Part shown: one piece after another, positions 37,201-46,193 of the stretch | How the letters are laid out: each line of letters opens with the position of its first letter | How positions within the stretch are numbered: position 1 is the stretch's first letter | Assembly: GCA_012841015.1 (NCBI GenBank) | Contig: DUVN01000006.1 | Location: forward strand, 61,472-125,471 | Length of the DNA stretch: 64,000 nucleotides | Reading direction: 5' to 3' | DNA from: Clostridiaceae bacterium | GTDB lineage: Bacteria; Bacillota; Clostridia; Saccharofermentanales; DTU023 | Notes under the pieces: model-generated | Seen by the model: the letters and a program-made list of their open reading frames with translations, nothing else | What the model was told of the DNA's origin: nothing | The model's database searches: none | Position numbers and translations under genes: made by a program

Positions 37201-39771
37201 TCACTCATAATTTTTCCAAAACTCGCGGACGAGGTCTAGTACCTCGTCGCGGTCTTTTACATGGATAGTGTTCCACTCATCAGGGAGTAGTCTGCGGTAC
37301 TCAGGCTTATTATACCGATCGTCAATGAGGAGCACGAGTCCGTAATCATCTTCCATCCTAATAAGTCGTCCCGCTGCTTGCGTGACACGATTAAATCCAG
37401 GCCACATGAAGGCGTACTCGTATCCCATGTTTGTCTTCTGATCGTAGTATTGGCGGAGTATCTCGCGTTCTGGCGACAACCCGGGCAAGCCCGTTCCAAT
37501 AACGATGACGCCGGTCAATTCCTCTCCGATCAAGTCAATTCCCTCATTGAATAAAGACCCGATCACTGTCAGTCCGACGAGTGTCTTTCTGTTGGTCGTC
37601 TTCTTAAATCGGTTGAGATAAGCGTTCTTTTGTTTCTCCGTCATGCGAGGCGGCTGAACGAGGAAATCGATAGAAGGTGTCTTGCGCCGTCTAATTTCGA
37701 TTTCCAACAATCGCTGATACGCAAAAGAAGGCGAGAACACAAGGTAATGTCCCTTTCTTTCACCGACGACATCGAGAATGAGCGAGGCGATCACCGGGAG
37801 CGTGAAGTGACGGTCTTTATAACGGATCGATGAGCCGTCGTAGTTTAGGACGAGCCGCCTCGTAGAATCGAACGGTGAGTCGAGGACAAGAACTTCCGGC
37901 TGATCAATTGCACTGTCTGCATCAAGAAGTGAAATATAATACGATGGCGGTGTCATCGTCGCCGAGAAAAAGACGACTGGTGATTTGTCGCGGTAGATGT
38001 CAGTCAAGTGATGCGACGCATCGAGCGTGAGGAGCGAAGTGACGACTTCACCTCTATCGTAAAGTCGCCACGTGATGATGTATGTGTCGTCGTAATATCG
38101 TTCGATCACTTTTTGAAAAAATAGCAAATCGAAATATGGAAGTAAAAGCTTCTCTCTGCCATCGTAATGGAACTCCTTGTAAAAGAAATTTCCGAGGGCA
38201 GAAACGAGAGCGTCGATATCTTTTATAATAAAAGGTGGGATATCGCGCATTGCCAAGAACTTTTCACTGATCATTGGCTTGAACGACTCTAGTTCTTTGA
38301 AGTATTTATTCCCTTTGGAACTGCGAAATGTATCATTGAGGATGTCGGCAAATTGATTGAATCGTCGCAAGAGGCGCTCGATTGCGGTGATACACTTCTG
38401 TGCCTCGGTACGCAATTCCGCGCTCATGCTCGCATTTCCCGGTACGAGTACATCGCGCTCAGCGTTGCCGCTTGATGCCAGATTACCAAACTTTGTGAGT
38501 AAATGTTGGAGAGATGACCTCGAAAGTGTCGCTGAGAACATCTCATTTGAACGGCGAGCGAGGTTGTGCGCTTCATCAACGAGTAACGTGTACCGATTTT
38601 TAGTGTCGTCTAGGTGATTCGACCAGCGTACGCGCGGATTAAAGACGTAATTGTAGTCGCAAATAATGACATCGCAGCCTGCACCGATTTCAAGTGACAA
38701 CTCAAAAGGGCATACTTCATGTTTTTTTGAAAGTTCGATGACATCTTCAGGTAAAATGCGCTGCATTCTAAAGCTCTCGCGCAATGCATCGTGTCGCTTC
38801 TCGTAGTAGTTGAGGGCGTAGGGGCATTTGCTCGTATTGCAAAATAGATCACCCGCTAGACAGAGTTGTTCTTTCGCTCTAAACGTTATTGAGCGCACCA
38901 AAAACCCTGCTGATGTGAGATCATCGAGAGCGTTTTCCGCGACTTTGCGCTGTGATCTCGTTGGCGTCAGATAAAACACTTGGTCCGTCATGCCGCTTGC
39001 TTGGGCTTTCATCGCAGGGTATAGTGTTGCCACTGTCTTACCGATGCCTGTTGGTGCGACGATGAACAATTTGGACGTATCGCGAATGGCGGCGATCACT
39101 TCGCGCATCATCAATTTTTGGCCGTCGCGTAGTTGTCCGTACGGGAAAGTCGCTTCCTTATTGAGAGTGTCGCGCAGTTTCTTGTGCTCAAAAAGCGGCA
39201 TTGTCACATCGAGATAGCGGCGGCACGTCTGAACGAAGAGGGAAGATAGTGCCTCGGCCGTCAGTCGACGACTGAGGACAAACGACTCGCCTCGATCAAA
39301 CGATGTATAGTGAAGCTCAATCGTGACAGCCGTTACGTCGACGTCTTTGCTGTCTATCAGATCACTTTCAAGGAGTAAGTGCGCGTACAAATATGCTTGT
39401 ATCCAGTGGGCGCTGTCGCCCTCGGCGGGGAGAGAACGCGCACTCCCGCGAAACCCTTTAACCTCAACGAGCGTCAGTTCTCCTTTTGGGGAGACGACAA
39501 TCAAGTCGCATCGTCCCTGTACGATCAAATCGACGGACAAATCCTCTGCCGTAAAGACACCTGATAGAGCCACTTCACTAAAAAGTTTACATCTCGGGAA
39601 ACGTTCTGGCGCTGTCTTAATAAAAAATTGATGAATTCTCGTACCCTCAACACCTGAGAGTCCGCCCTGCATAGCGGAGTTAAGTCCGCCTTCGCATCGC
39701 GTCGATTCGGCGAGTTTCCTGACGGCAACTGTCATCTCTGGTTTTGTGCATTCGACTATATTCACATTCAT
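37201..39771 (-). CDS. DinG/XPD(Rad3)-family Fe-S helicase with N-terminal PD-(D/E)xK nuclease
   Basis: GRCD...VEVK...QAYLY nuclease motif; APTGIGKT, four Cys (KEQLC..C..CPY..CPFE), DEAHNL, SAT and QAAGRLIR. Confidence 0.9.
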   Translation of the reverse strand: MNVNIVECTKPEMTVAVRKLAESTRCEGGLNSAMQGGLSGVEGTRIHQFFIKTAPERFPRCKLFSEVALSGVFTAEDLSVDLIVQGRCDLIVVSPKGELTLVEVKGFRGSARSLPAEGDSAHWIQAYLYAHLLLESDLIDSKDVDVTAVTIELHYTSFDRGESFVLSRRLTAEALSSLFVQTCRRYLDVTMPLFEHKKLRDTLNKEATFPYGQLRDGQKLMMREVIAAIRDTSKLFIVAPTGIGKTVATLYPAMKAQASGMTDQVFYLTPTRSQRKVAENALDDLTSAGFLVRSITFRAKEQLCLAGDLFCNTSKCPYALNYYEKRHDALRESFRMQRILPEDVIELSKKHEVCPFELSLEIGAGCDVIICDYNYVFNPRVRWSNHLDDTKNRYTLLVDEAHNLARRSNEMFSATLSRSSLQHLLTKFGNLASSGNAERDVLVPGNASMSAELRTEAQKCITAIERLLRRFNQFADILNDTFRSSKGNKYFKELESFKPMISEKFLAMRDIPPFIIKDIDALVSALGNFFYKEFHYDGREKLLLPYFDLLFFQKVIERYYDDTYIITWRLYDRGEVVTSLLTLDASHHLTDIYRDKSPVVFFSATMTPPSYYISLLDADSAIDQPEVLVLDSPFDSTRRLVLNYDGSSIRYKDRHFTLPVIASLILDVVGERKGHYLVFSPSFAYQRLLEIEIRRRKTPSIDFLVQPPRMTEKQKNAYLNRFKKTTNRKTLVGLTVIGSLFNEGIDLIGEELTGVIVIGTGLPGLSPEREILRQYYDQKTNMGYEYAFMWPGFNRVTQAAGRLIRMEDDYGLVLLIDDRYNKPEYRRLLPDEWNTIHVKDRDEVLDLVREFWKNYE

Positions 39772-40646
39772 GAGACCTCTTCCAGTTTCTCGATGAGGGA
39801 ATCATCGTAGTAAAGCGCGTATCGTTTGCTGTCAACAAGAAATTGAAAGCCTATGACACGACCATTGTTTCCTTTTATCGGTACTGTGCTTTGGATATCG
39901 CGCTCACGACACATGAGTGTCGTTGCAACGTGGTGCAGAAGAGGCGAGCGCGAATCGTCGATGTACGAAGGATCGAACGCTCTTAAATCATCGAGCGTAT
40001 CGAATTCAAAAATATCGCTCTTCGAGTATCGACGAGCTCTCATCTGTAGAACATCGAGGTGGCTGAGGTAAACATCTTCCCAAAACAAATCGCGTGTATC
40101 TTCTCGGCCGTATACAGCGTTCAAGTGCTGTACGAAATGCTGCGAAAATGTCCGATCGAAATAAGCGTGTCCAAGCATGATCCACGAATCTTTCCCGCCG
40201 ATCGTCACACCAGTTATTACATCGTCGTCATCAGTCTCGACACACCACTCGTCTGTCTTGCCTTCGGCGAAGACGACGGCGTAATAAGCACCTGATACAT
40301 CGTCTTCAAAGGGGTTGACAGTGAAATAATTATCTCCCGAGCAAATATAACTCTCGGCAAGATACTCGCGAGCCACATAAAGGCTCCCATGATTATTGCG
40401 CGTATCGTACGTCTCGTTAAAGATCAGCTTAACGGGGTATTTAAGGGCAAGGTATGAGAACATTTCAGATTTATAGCCTGTGACGACGACGATCGATGGT
40501 ATACCGGCATCGAGGAGTTGCTCGATCTGCCGCTCGATCAGGATCTCTCCATGTACTTCAAGCAGTGCTTTTGGTCTTTCATACGATAACGGTGCAAGGC
40601 GCGAGGAGAGGCCAGCAGCCATAATCACAGCATGTTTCACGTTCAA
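39768..40646 (-). CDS. licC: LicC-like CTP:phosphocholine cytidylyltransferase
   Basis: AVIMAAGLSSR...PKALL, VVVTGYK, NETYDTRNN.GSL, FWED and EFDTLDDLR. Divergent from a choline kinase. Confidence 0.85.
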   Translation of the reverse strand: MNVKHAVIMAAGLSSRLAPLSYERPKALLEVHGEILIERQIEQLLDAGIPSIVVVTGYKSEMFSYLALKYPVKLIFNETYDTRNNHGSLYVAREYLAESYICSGDNYFTVNPFEDDVSGAYYAVVFAEGKTDEWCVETDDDDVITGVTIGGKDSWIMLGHAYFDRTFSQHFVQHLNAVYGREDTRDLFWEDVYLSHLDVLQMRARRYSKSDIFEFDTLDDLRAFDPSYIDDSRSPLLHHVATTLMCRERDIQSTVPIKGNNGRVIGFQFLVDSKRYALYYDDSLIEKLEEVS

Positions 40647-40913
40647 TCCTTCATGCCCCTTTCATGTTGAGCAAAATGGCTCAAGTAACTTAATTTTCCT
40701 ATCTCGCAACACGACCGTGCGAGACGATGAGTCCATTATAGCCCGATAAGATATGTAACGACACAAAGACTCTCTCATTTGACGACACGGTAAATATCGT
40801 GTTAAATAGTTAGAATAAACAAGTTAATTTCTTGTTAAGCGATTATGAAATAACAAAGTATTTAAGTAGAGAGCACTACACTAAGTTGCCGATCTGAGGG
40901 AGGAGATGACGTC

Positions 40914-41795
40914 TTGGGTACGCAGTACGTTCAAAAAAACTATTTGCCGGCCATTCGCAAAGCATTTTCGGGTGATCCGGACATTACGTCATTTATTCCG
41001 ATGAAACTGGGCATGACGAACGATTCTTTTATCTTTGAGCGTCGTGATGGAACCTTCATGCTGCGTCTTCCGGGTCGTGGGAGTGAGGCGTTGATCGATC
41101 GAAAGCAGGAGTACGAAGTCTATCAGCTTTTAGCAGGTCGCGGTATCGCCGACGAAGTGCTTTACTTTGATCCAGAGTCAGGGATTAAGATTACACGCTA
41201 TATAGAGGGTGCACGTGTCTGCGACCCTAATTCAAAATCCGACTTGAAGGAGTGCATGAGAGTTTTGAGAAGCTTTCACGACTTAAATCTCCACGTCGAC
41301 CATTACTTCGACCCTTGGGAACGCCTTGAGTACTACGAATCGCTTCGAGGCGACACTCCATCGAGATACGACGATTATTTCCAAATCAAAGCGACGATCC
41401 GCAATGTGTACGAGTGGACGTTGAATCAACCTCGCCATATCATGTTGGCTCATATTGATCCTGTCGCCGATAATTTTCTCTTTACACCTGACGGTGAAGT
41501 TTACTTAATTGACTGGGAGTATGCTGCGATGCAAGACAAAGACATCGATGTTGCGATGTTTGCTGTCTATTCATTGCTAGACAAGGAACAAGTTGACCTG
41601 TTGATTAGCCTGTACCAAGATGGGGCAGAGGATATACTTCAAAAGAAGAAAATCTACGCTTATATTGCCATTGCGGGACTGGTGTGGAGTAACTGGGCTG
41701 AATTCAAGATGAATAATGGCGATGTGCTGGGCGAGTATGCGCCCGGACAATATCGTTTTGCCAAGGACTACTCTTCGTATTTCTATGCGTTCTAG
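40914..41795 (+). CDS. licA: Choline/ethanolamine kinase (LicA-like)
   Basis: GMTNDSF, LRLPG.GS..LIDR.QE, Brenner motif HIDPVADN and choline-kinase motif LIDWEYA. GGAGG SD. Confidence 0.88.
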   Translation: MGTQYVQKNYLPAIRKAFSGDPDITSFIPMKLGMTNDSFIFERRDGTFMLRLPGRGSEALIDRKQEYEVYQLLAGRGIADEVLYFDPESGIKITRYIEGARVCDPNSKSDLKECMRVLRSFHDLNLHVDHYFDPWERLEYYESLRGDTPSRYDDYFQIKATIRNVYEWTLNQPRHIMLAHIDPVADNFLFTPDGEVYLIDWEYAAMQDKDIDVAMFAVYSLLDKEQVDLLISLYQDGAEDILQKKKIYAYIAIAGLVWSNWAEFKMNNGDVLGEYAPGQYRFAKDYSSYFYAF

Positions 41796-41834
41796 TAGGT
41801 GATCGCGCGTGAGTATAGACGGAAAGTTTCTCCG

Positions 41835-44090
41835 ATGATGCGTCTCATCAATACAATCTTTGGCATTCCGCTCGGGTACCTCATGTACATCTGCTACCGT
41901 CTTGTAGGCAATTACGGGATTTCAATTATTCTCTTTACGCTGATCACCAAAGTGATCATGTTCCCGCTATCGCTTATCTCGCAAAAAAATTCGATCATTA
42001 TGATCCGTATGCGTCCGAAGTTGGATGAGATCAGGCAGCGTTATGCCGGCAATAGTTCAGAGATGGCGGCAAAACAAAAGGAGCTTTACCGCAGTGAACG
42101 GTACAGCGCGTGGAAAGGGATATTGCCTCTGCTCGTTCAGATTCCGATTGTGCTCGGGCTGATTAATGTCATCTACAATCCGCTCCAACACCTTATGCGT
42201 CTCGATTCATCTGTGATCGCTCCTTTACTTGAGCGGACAGCTCTTCTTAACAAGACGACGGTTGTCGGGCTTGGAACGAGTGCAGAGTTGACGGTGCTCG
42301 AGGCGGTCCAGTCGAATGCCTCGTACTTTAGCGGTATGGCCGGCATCAAAGAGATTGTCGCGATGGACTTAAGTTTTCTAGGGTTAAGCATGGCTGAAGT
42401 ACCGACCATCGCATCCATCAGCATTCTTTATCCCATTCTTTCAGGGTTAAGCGCTCTCTTACTGGCTGTATATCAGAATAAACACAATGTGCTACAGCGA
42501 TCACAAGGAGCTGTCAGTCGGTGGGTTACGACTGCTATTCTAGTTGCCTTTTCTGCCTTTTTCGCTGCCATCTTGCCGTGCGGTATCGGCTTGTACTGGA
42601 TTACAGGCAACCTCCTGTCGATTCCCGTCCTCAGGTTCTGTAACCTGATCTACGATCCTGGCGAATACGTCCAGAATATCGCGTATCTTGAAACGCCAAA
42701 GCTTAGCAAAGAAGAGAGGCAAGAAGCGAGAGCTCTGAAAAAAGAGAAGCGCCGCCGCCAGCGAGTTGACGTCAAACGATTTAATTCAACGAAGGGAAAG
42801 CGCCTCGTCTTTTATTCCGAGAGCAGCGGTTTCTATAAATATTTTGAAGGGTATATTAACTATATTCTCCAGCATTCCGATGTCAACATTCACTACGTTA
42901 CTAGCGATATCCACGATCGCGTATTCTCGTTGAACAACCCGCGTATTCAAACGTATTACGTCGGTCCGATTGCGCTGATCCGCGTGATGATGCTGATGGA
43001 CGCCGATATCGTCGTTATGACAATGCCCGATCTCGAAAAATATCATATCAAACGCTCGCTTGTGAGGAAAGATATCGAGTATATCTATACCGATCACGGT
43101 ATGACTAGTCTTCACCTGATGCTTCAGGAGAATGCGCTCGACTACTTCGACACGATTTTTTGTTATGGTCCGAATCATATCCGCGAAGTGCGTGAGATGG
43201 AGCGTGTCTACGATCTTTCGGCAAAGACGCTTGTGAAAACTGGTTATCCTCTTTTAGATTCTATGATTCAAGGTGCAGAAGCGATCAGTGATACGGTCAA
43301 TGACCCTAAAATCATTCTGATCGCACCCTCGTGGCAACAAGACAATATTCTCGAATATTGTCTAGAGGACACGCTTCGCCCTCTTCTAGGAGCAGGATAC
43401 CACCTTATTGTCCGACCTCATCCTGAATTTATTAAGCGATTCCCGGGGAAAATGAGAAAAATCATCAATGACTACAAAGATGACATGGGAGATTGCTTTG
43501 AAATCCAGACATCGTTTGCATCAAGCGAGACAGTGTATTCTGCTGACCTCGTGATTACTGATTGGTCTTCCATCGCAAACGAGTTCTCCTATGCGACAAA
43601 GAAGCCTTCGCTTTTTATTAACACACCGATGAAAGTCGTCAATCCAAACTATGAGAAGATACAGCTTGTCCCGCTCGACATTTCATTGCGCGATGAAATC
43701 GGTCTATCTGTCAATGTCGAAGATCTTGACACACTACCCGATGTCGTTGGGAGGCTTCTCAATGAAGCTGACCAATATAGGGAACATATTTCCGAGGTTG
43801 TAAGGCAAAATATTTTTGATGTCGGCGAAGGAGCACGAGGTGGTGGACAGTATATCGTTGATGCCCTCGAAGGACGCTCTAACAAGACAGCGGTGGTGCC
43901 ATCTTATGACAATCTCGTGTCGCGTTGGCAGCGAGTTTTGGAGAACGGGTGTGTCAGTGAGATGGAGAAGATTCTCAACGAACCACTTTCAGTAGACACG
44001 TCTACTCCCATGACGAAGCGTGAGTTCATGTTGGACATTTTAGAAGAGCTTGAACATGTGACAAAACAGGGGCCTTGTGATGAAGCGTAA
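41835..44090 (+). CDS. YidC/Oxa1 insertase domain fused to a TagF-like CDP-alcohol phosphotransferase (glycerophosphotransferase family) domain
   Basis: N-half: NYGISIILFTLITKVIMFPL...PKLDEIRQRY...GILPLLVQIPI...GIGLYWITGNL (YidC). C-half: TDHG, IAPSW, VRPHP and ADLVITDWSSIANEF (TagB/TagF GT-B fold). ATG 41835 preferred over GTG 41799. Confidence 0.85.
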   Translation: MMRLINTIFGIPLGYLMYICYRLVGNYGISIILFTLITKVIMFPLSLISQKNSIIMIRMRPKLDEIRQRYAGNSSEMAAKQKELYRSERYSAWKGILPLLVQIPIVLGLINVIYNPLQHLMRLDSSVIAPLLERTALLNKTTVVGLGTSAELTVLEAVQSNASYFSGMAGIKEIVAMDLSFLGLSMAEVPTIASISILYPILSGLSALLLAVYQNKHNVLQRSQGAVSRWVTTAILVAFSAFFAAILPCGIGLYWITGNLLSIPVLRFCNLIYDPGEYVQNIAYLETPKLSKEERQEARALKKEKRRRQRVDVKRFNSTKGKRLVFYSESSGFYKYFEGYINYILQHSDVNIHYVTSDIHDRVFSLNNPRIQTYYVGPIALIRVMMLMDADIVVMTMPDLEKYHIKRSLVRKDIEYIYTDHGMTSLHLMLQENALDYFDTIFCYGPNHIREVREMERVYDLSAKTLVKTGYPLLDSMIQGAEAISDTVNDPKIILIAPSWQQDNILEYCLEDTLRPLLGAGYHLIVRPHPEFIKRFPGKMRKIINDYKDDMGDCFEIQTSFASSETVYSADLVITDWSSIANEFSYATKKPSLFINTPMKVVNPNYEKIQLVPLDISLRDEIGLSVNVEDLDTLPDVVGRLLNEADQYREHISEVVRQNIFDVGEGARGGGQYIVDALEGRSNKTAVVPSYDNLVSRWQRVLENGCVSEMEKILNEPLSVDTSTPMTKREFMLDILEELEHVTKQGPCDEA

Positions 44091-46044
44091 GATGAAAACG
44101 GCGCTCTTTTCTTTCCTGCTCGTGAGCCTTTGTTACTCGGTGCCGGCGCACGCCTACATCGACCCTGCGACGACGACATACATTATCCAAATTGTGACGG
44201 CTCTCGTCATTACATTAGGCGTTACAATTGGCATATTCTTCACGAAAATCCGCTTATCAATTGTTGGCCTTTATGTCCGCGTTTCAGAGTTTTTTATCAG
44301 ACTTTTCTCAAGAAAAAGAGATAAAGGTGATAAGAAACTAAGTAAACAAATGCTTAAAGTATCGGCAAGCCCAGGTGAGCCATCGCTAAAAAAGCGCTTT
44401 CTAAGTGCTGCCTGTGTCAGTATTGCTTTCGCTTTCACTTTTATTGTATTTGGTATCTATGAGCTCTATATGCTTAATGTCGACTCTTTCAATTTTCCTC
44501 TTAAGGCGCTATTTCCCTCTGTGGCGCTCTTCGGTGCACTCGTCGCCGTTATATTGTGTATAGTTCTCGTGCTGTTTCGCGGAAGAGTATTTGAGTTCTT
44601 GATCTCCCTTATTTTTGGGATTCTTCTGGCGGGGTATGTGCAGGGCAATTTCCTCAACAGGGGACTCGGAATTCTGACAGGTGATTCGATCGACTGGAGT
44701 GCGCAAAGTGGTGCCTTCCTTCTCAACTTGCTCGTGTGGATCGCCATCGTGTCGATGCCTTTTTTGCTGAGAGCCTATAAAATAAAACTCTGGTCAAGAG
44801 TGATTAAGATCGTGTCGTGCCTCCTTGTAATTGTACAGGTCGTATCGATGATTGCTCTCAAAAGTACGTCGTCAACGACACCGCAACGATCGAATCGCTA
44901 TCTGTCGACAAAGGGGATTGATCAAGTTGCCGAAGAGAAAAATGTCATCGTCTTTGTCCTTGACCGCCTCGACAACATTTACATTAATGGGGTGAAGGGG
45001 GACGATCCGCACTTTTTCGACCGTCTTGATGGGTTTACTCAGTTCACAAATAATATATCGCTCTACTCGCAGACATTCCCATCCGTTACGAATATGTTTA
45101 CCGGAGAGCTTCACTTGTTTGAGCGTCCGGCAAGTGACTACCTAAAAGAGGCTTGGTCGACGTCAACATTTCTTCCTGAGCTTCACCGCCATGAATACGC
45201 CATCCATCTTTTTATGGAGCCGGGGTACACGTTCAAAGATGCAGCAGATATAGAGCATATTGTCGATAATGTCGTCGAAAACGAGATTCGCATTCACACG
45301 CGAGACGCCTTGGAGCAGTTCGGGCGTTTGTCAGTCTTCCGCTATGCTCCACTTTTTGCTAAACCATTTTACTGGACATCGACAGATCAATTTGCTCGAC
45401 TCGTTCAGACCGAGTCGACAAAAGAATGCCCTCCTTACGTCACCGATGATCTTCATTTTTACAAACAGCTCAAAGATAAGAAGATACATAAAAATGGCGG
45501 CGACAAGAAGTTCGTATATATCCACTTGCAAGGATCGCATGCGCCGCATGTGATGAATGAATATGCCGAACCTGCCGCTTTAGGATCGTCTAATGCAATC
45601 ATCCAAACAAAGGGGTGTTTTCGTATCGTGTATGAATACATCGATCAGCTGAAGCAATTGGGGTTATACGAGAGTAGTACCATCATCATTACAGGTGACC
45701 ACGGAGCGAGGAAAAATGACACGACACTCCTCGAACGTGCAATTGTCACCGCTTTGTTCGTCAAGCCTGCAGGGAAAGCGGGGACACCTCTGGCATTTAA
45801 CAGTGCACCAGTCTCAACAGACAATTTCCGTCCTTTCATCTACAGCGAAGTCGGTATTCCGCATGATGAGCTTGGAAAGACTTATTTCGAAGTCTCAGAG
45901 GATGCAGAAGACGCAAGGTATCTCTATCATCGCCTTATAAAAACGTCCGATTCGCCGCCACGCCTACTCATCTATGAGATTCAAGGAGATGCCAATCAGT
46001 TCGAGAACTGGCAGCTCGTCGAAGACTGGGAGATTGGTTACTGA
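44077..46044 (+). CDS. Multi-TM alkaline-phosphatase-superfamily (LtaS/EptA/sulfatase-like) transferase with N-terminal signal peptide and YIDP motif
   Basis: Signal peptide ending AHA, YIDPAT plus TM, about 5 more TMs, then NVIVFVLD, YSQTFPS (Thr nucleophile position), HLQGSHAPH and IITGDHG. Confidence 0.8.
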   Translation: MMKRKMKTALFSFLLVSLCYSVPAHAYIDPATTTYIIQIVTALVITLGVTIGIFFTKIRLSIVGLYVRVSEFFIRLFSRKRDKGDKKLSKQMLKVSASPGEPSLKKRFLSAACVSIAFAFTFIVFGIYELYMLNVDSFNFPLKALFPSVALFGALVAVILCIVLVLFRGRVFEFLISLIFGILLAGYVQGNFLNRGLGILTGDSIDWSAQSGAFLLNLLVWIAIVSMPFLLRAYKIKLWSRVIKIVSCLLVIVQVVSMIALKSTSSTTPQRSNRYLSTKGIDQVAEEKNVIVFVLDRLDNIYINGVKGDDPHFFDRLDGFTQFTNNISLYSQTFPSVTNMFTGELHLFERPASDYLKEAWSTSTFLPELHRHEYAIHLFMEPGYTFKDAADIEHIVDNVVENEIRIHTRDALEQFGRLSVFRYAPLFAKPFYWTSTDQFARLVQTESTKECPPYVTDDLHFYKQLKDKKIHKNGGDKKFVYIHLQGSHAPHVMNEYAEPAALGSSNAIIQTKGCFRIVYEYIDQLKQLGLYESSTIIITGDHGARKNDTTLLERAIVTALFVKPAGKAGTPLAFNSAPVSTDNFRPFIYSEVGIPHDELGKTYFEVSEDAEDARYLYHRLIKTSDSPPRLLIYEIQGDANQFENWQLVEDWEIGY

Positions 46045-46123
46045 ATCACGTGGTTTAGGTAATGATTGACTTAGGACAGGTTTTTTGACAGTAGGATGGG
46101 TTTTATAGTGGAGATATGAGCAC

Positions 46124-46168
46124 AAAAAATCCCGCAATGTGGCAACTAGCCAACATCGCGGGATTTTT
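46124..46168. terminator. Bidirectional intrinsic terminator between convergent units
   Basis: AAAAAATCCCGC...GCGGGATTTTT stem with T/A tracts on both sides. Confidence 0.8.
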
Positions 46169-46193
46169 CATTGAGTAGAGGTTTGCCAGTGTC

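Noticed and set aside
37201-39771. Cas4/CasDinG (type IV CRISPR) reading of the nuclease-helicase
   Set aside because: No Cas4 Cys cluster around the nuclease and no other cas genes or array; it matches the common firmicute Rad3-like protein.
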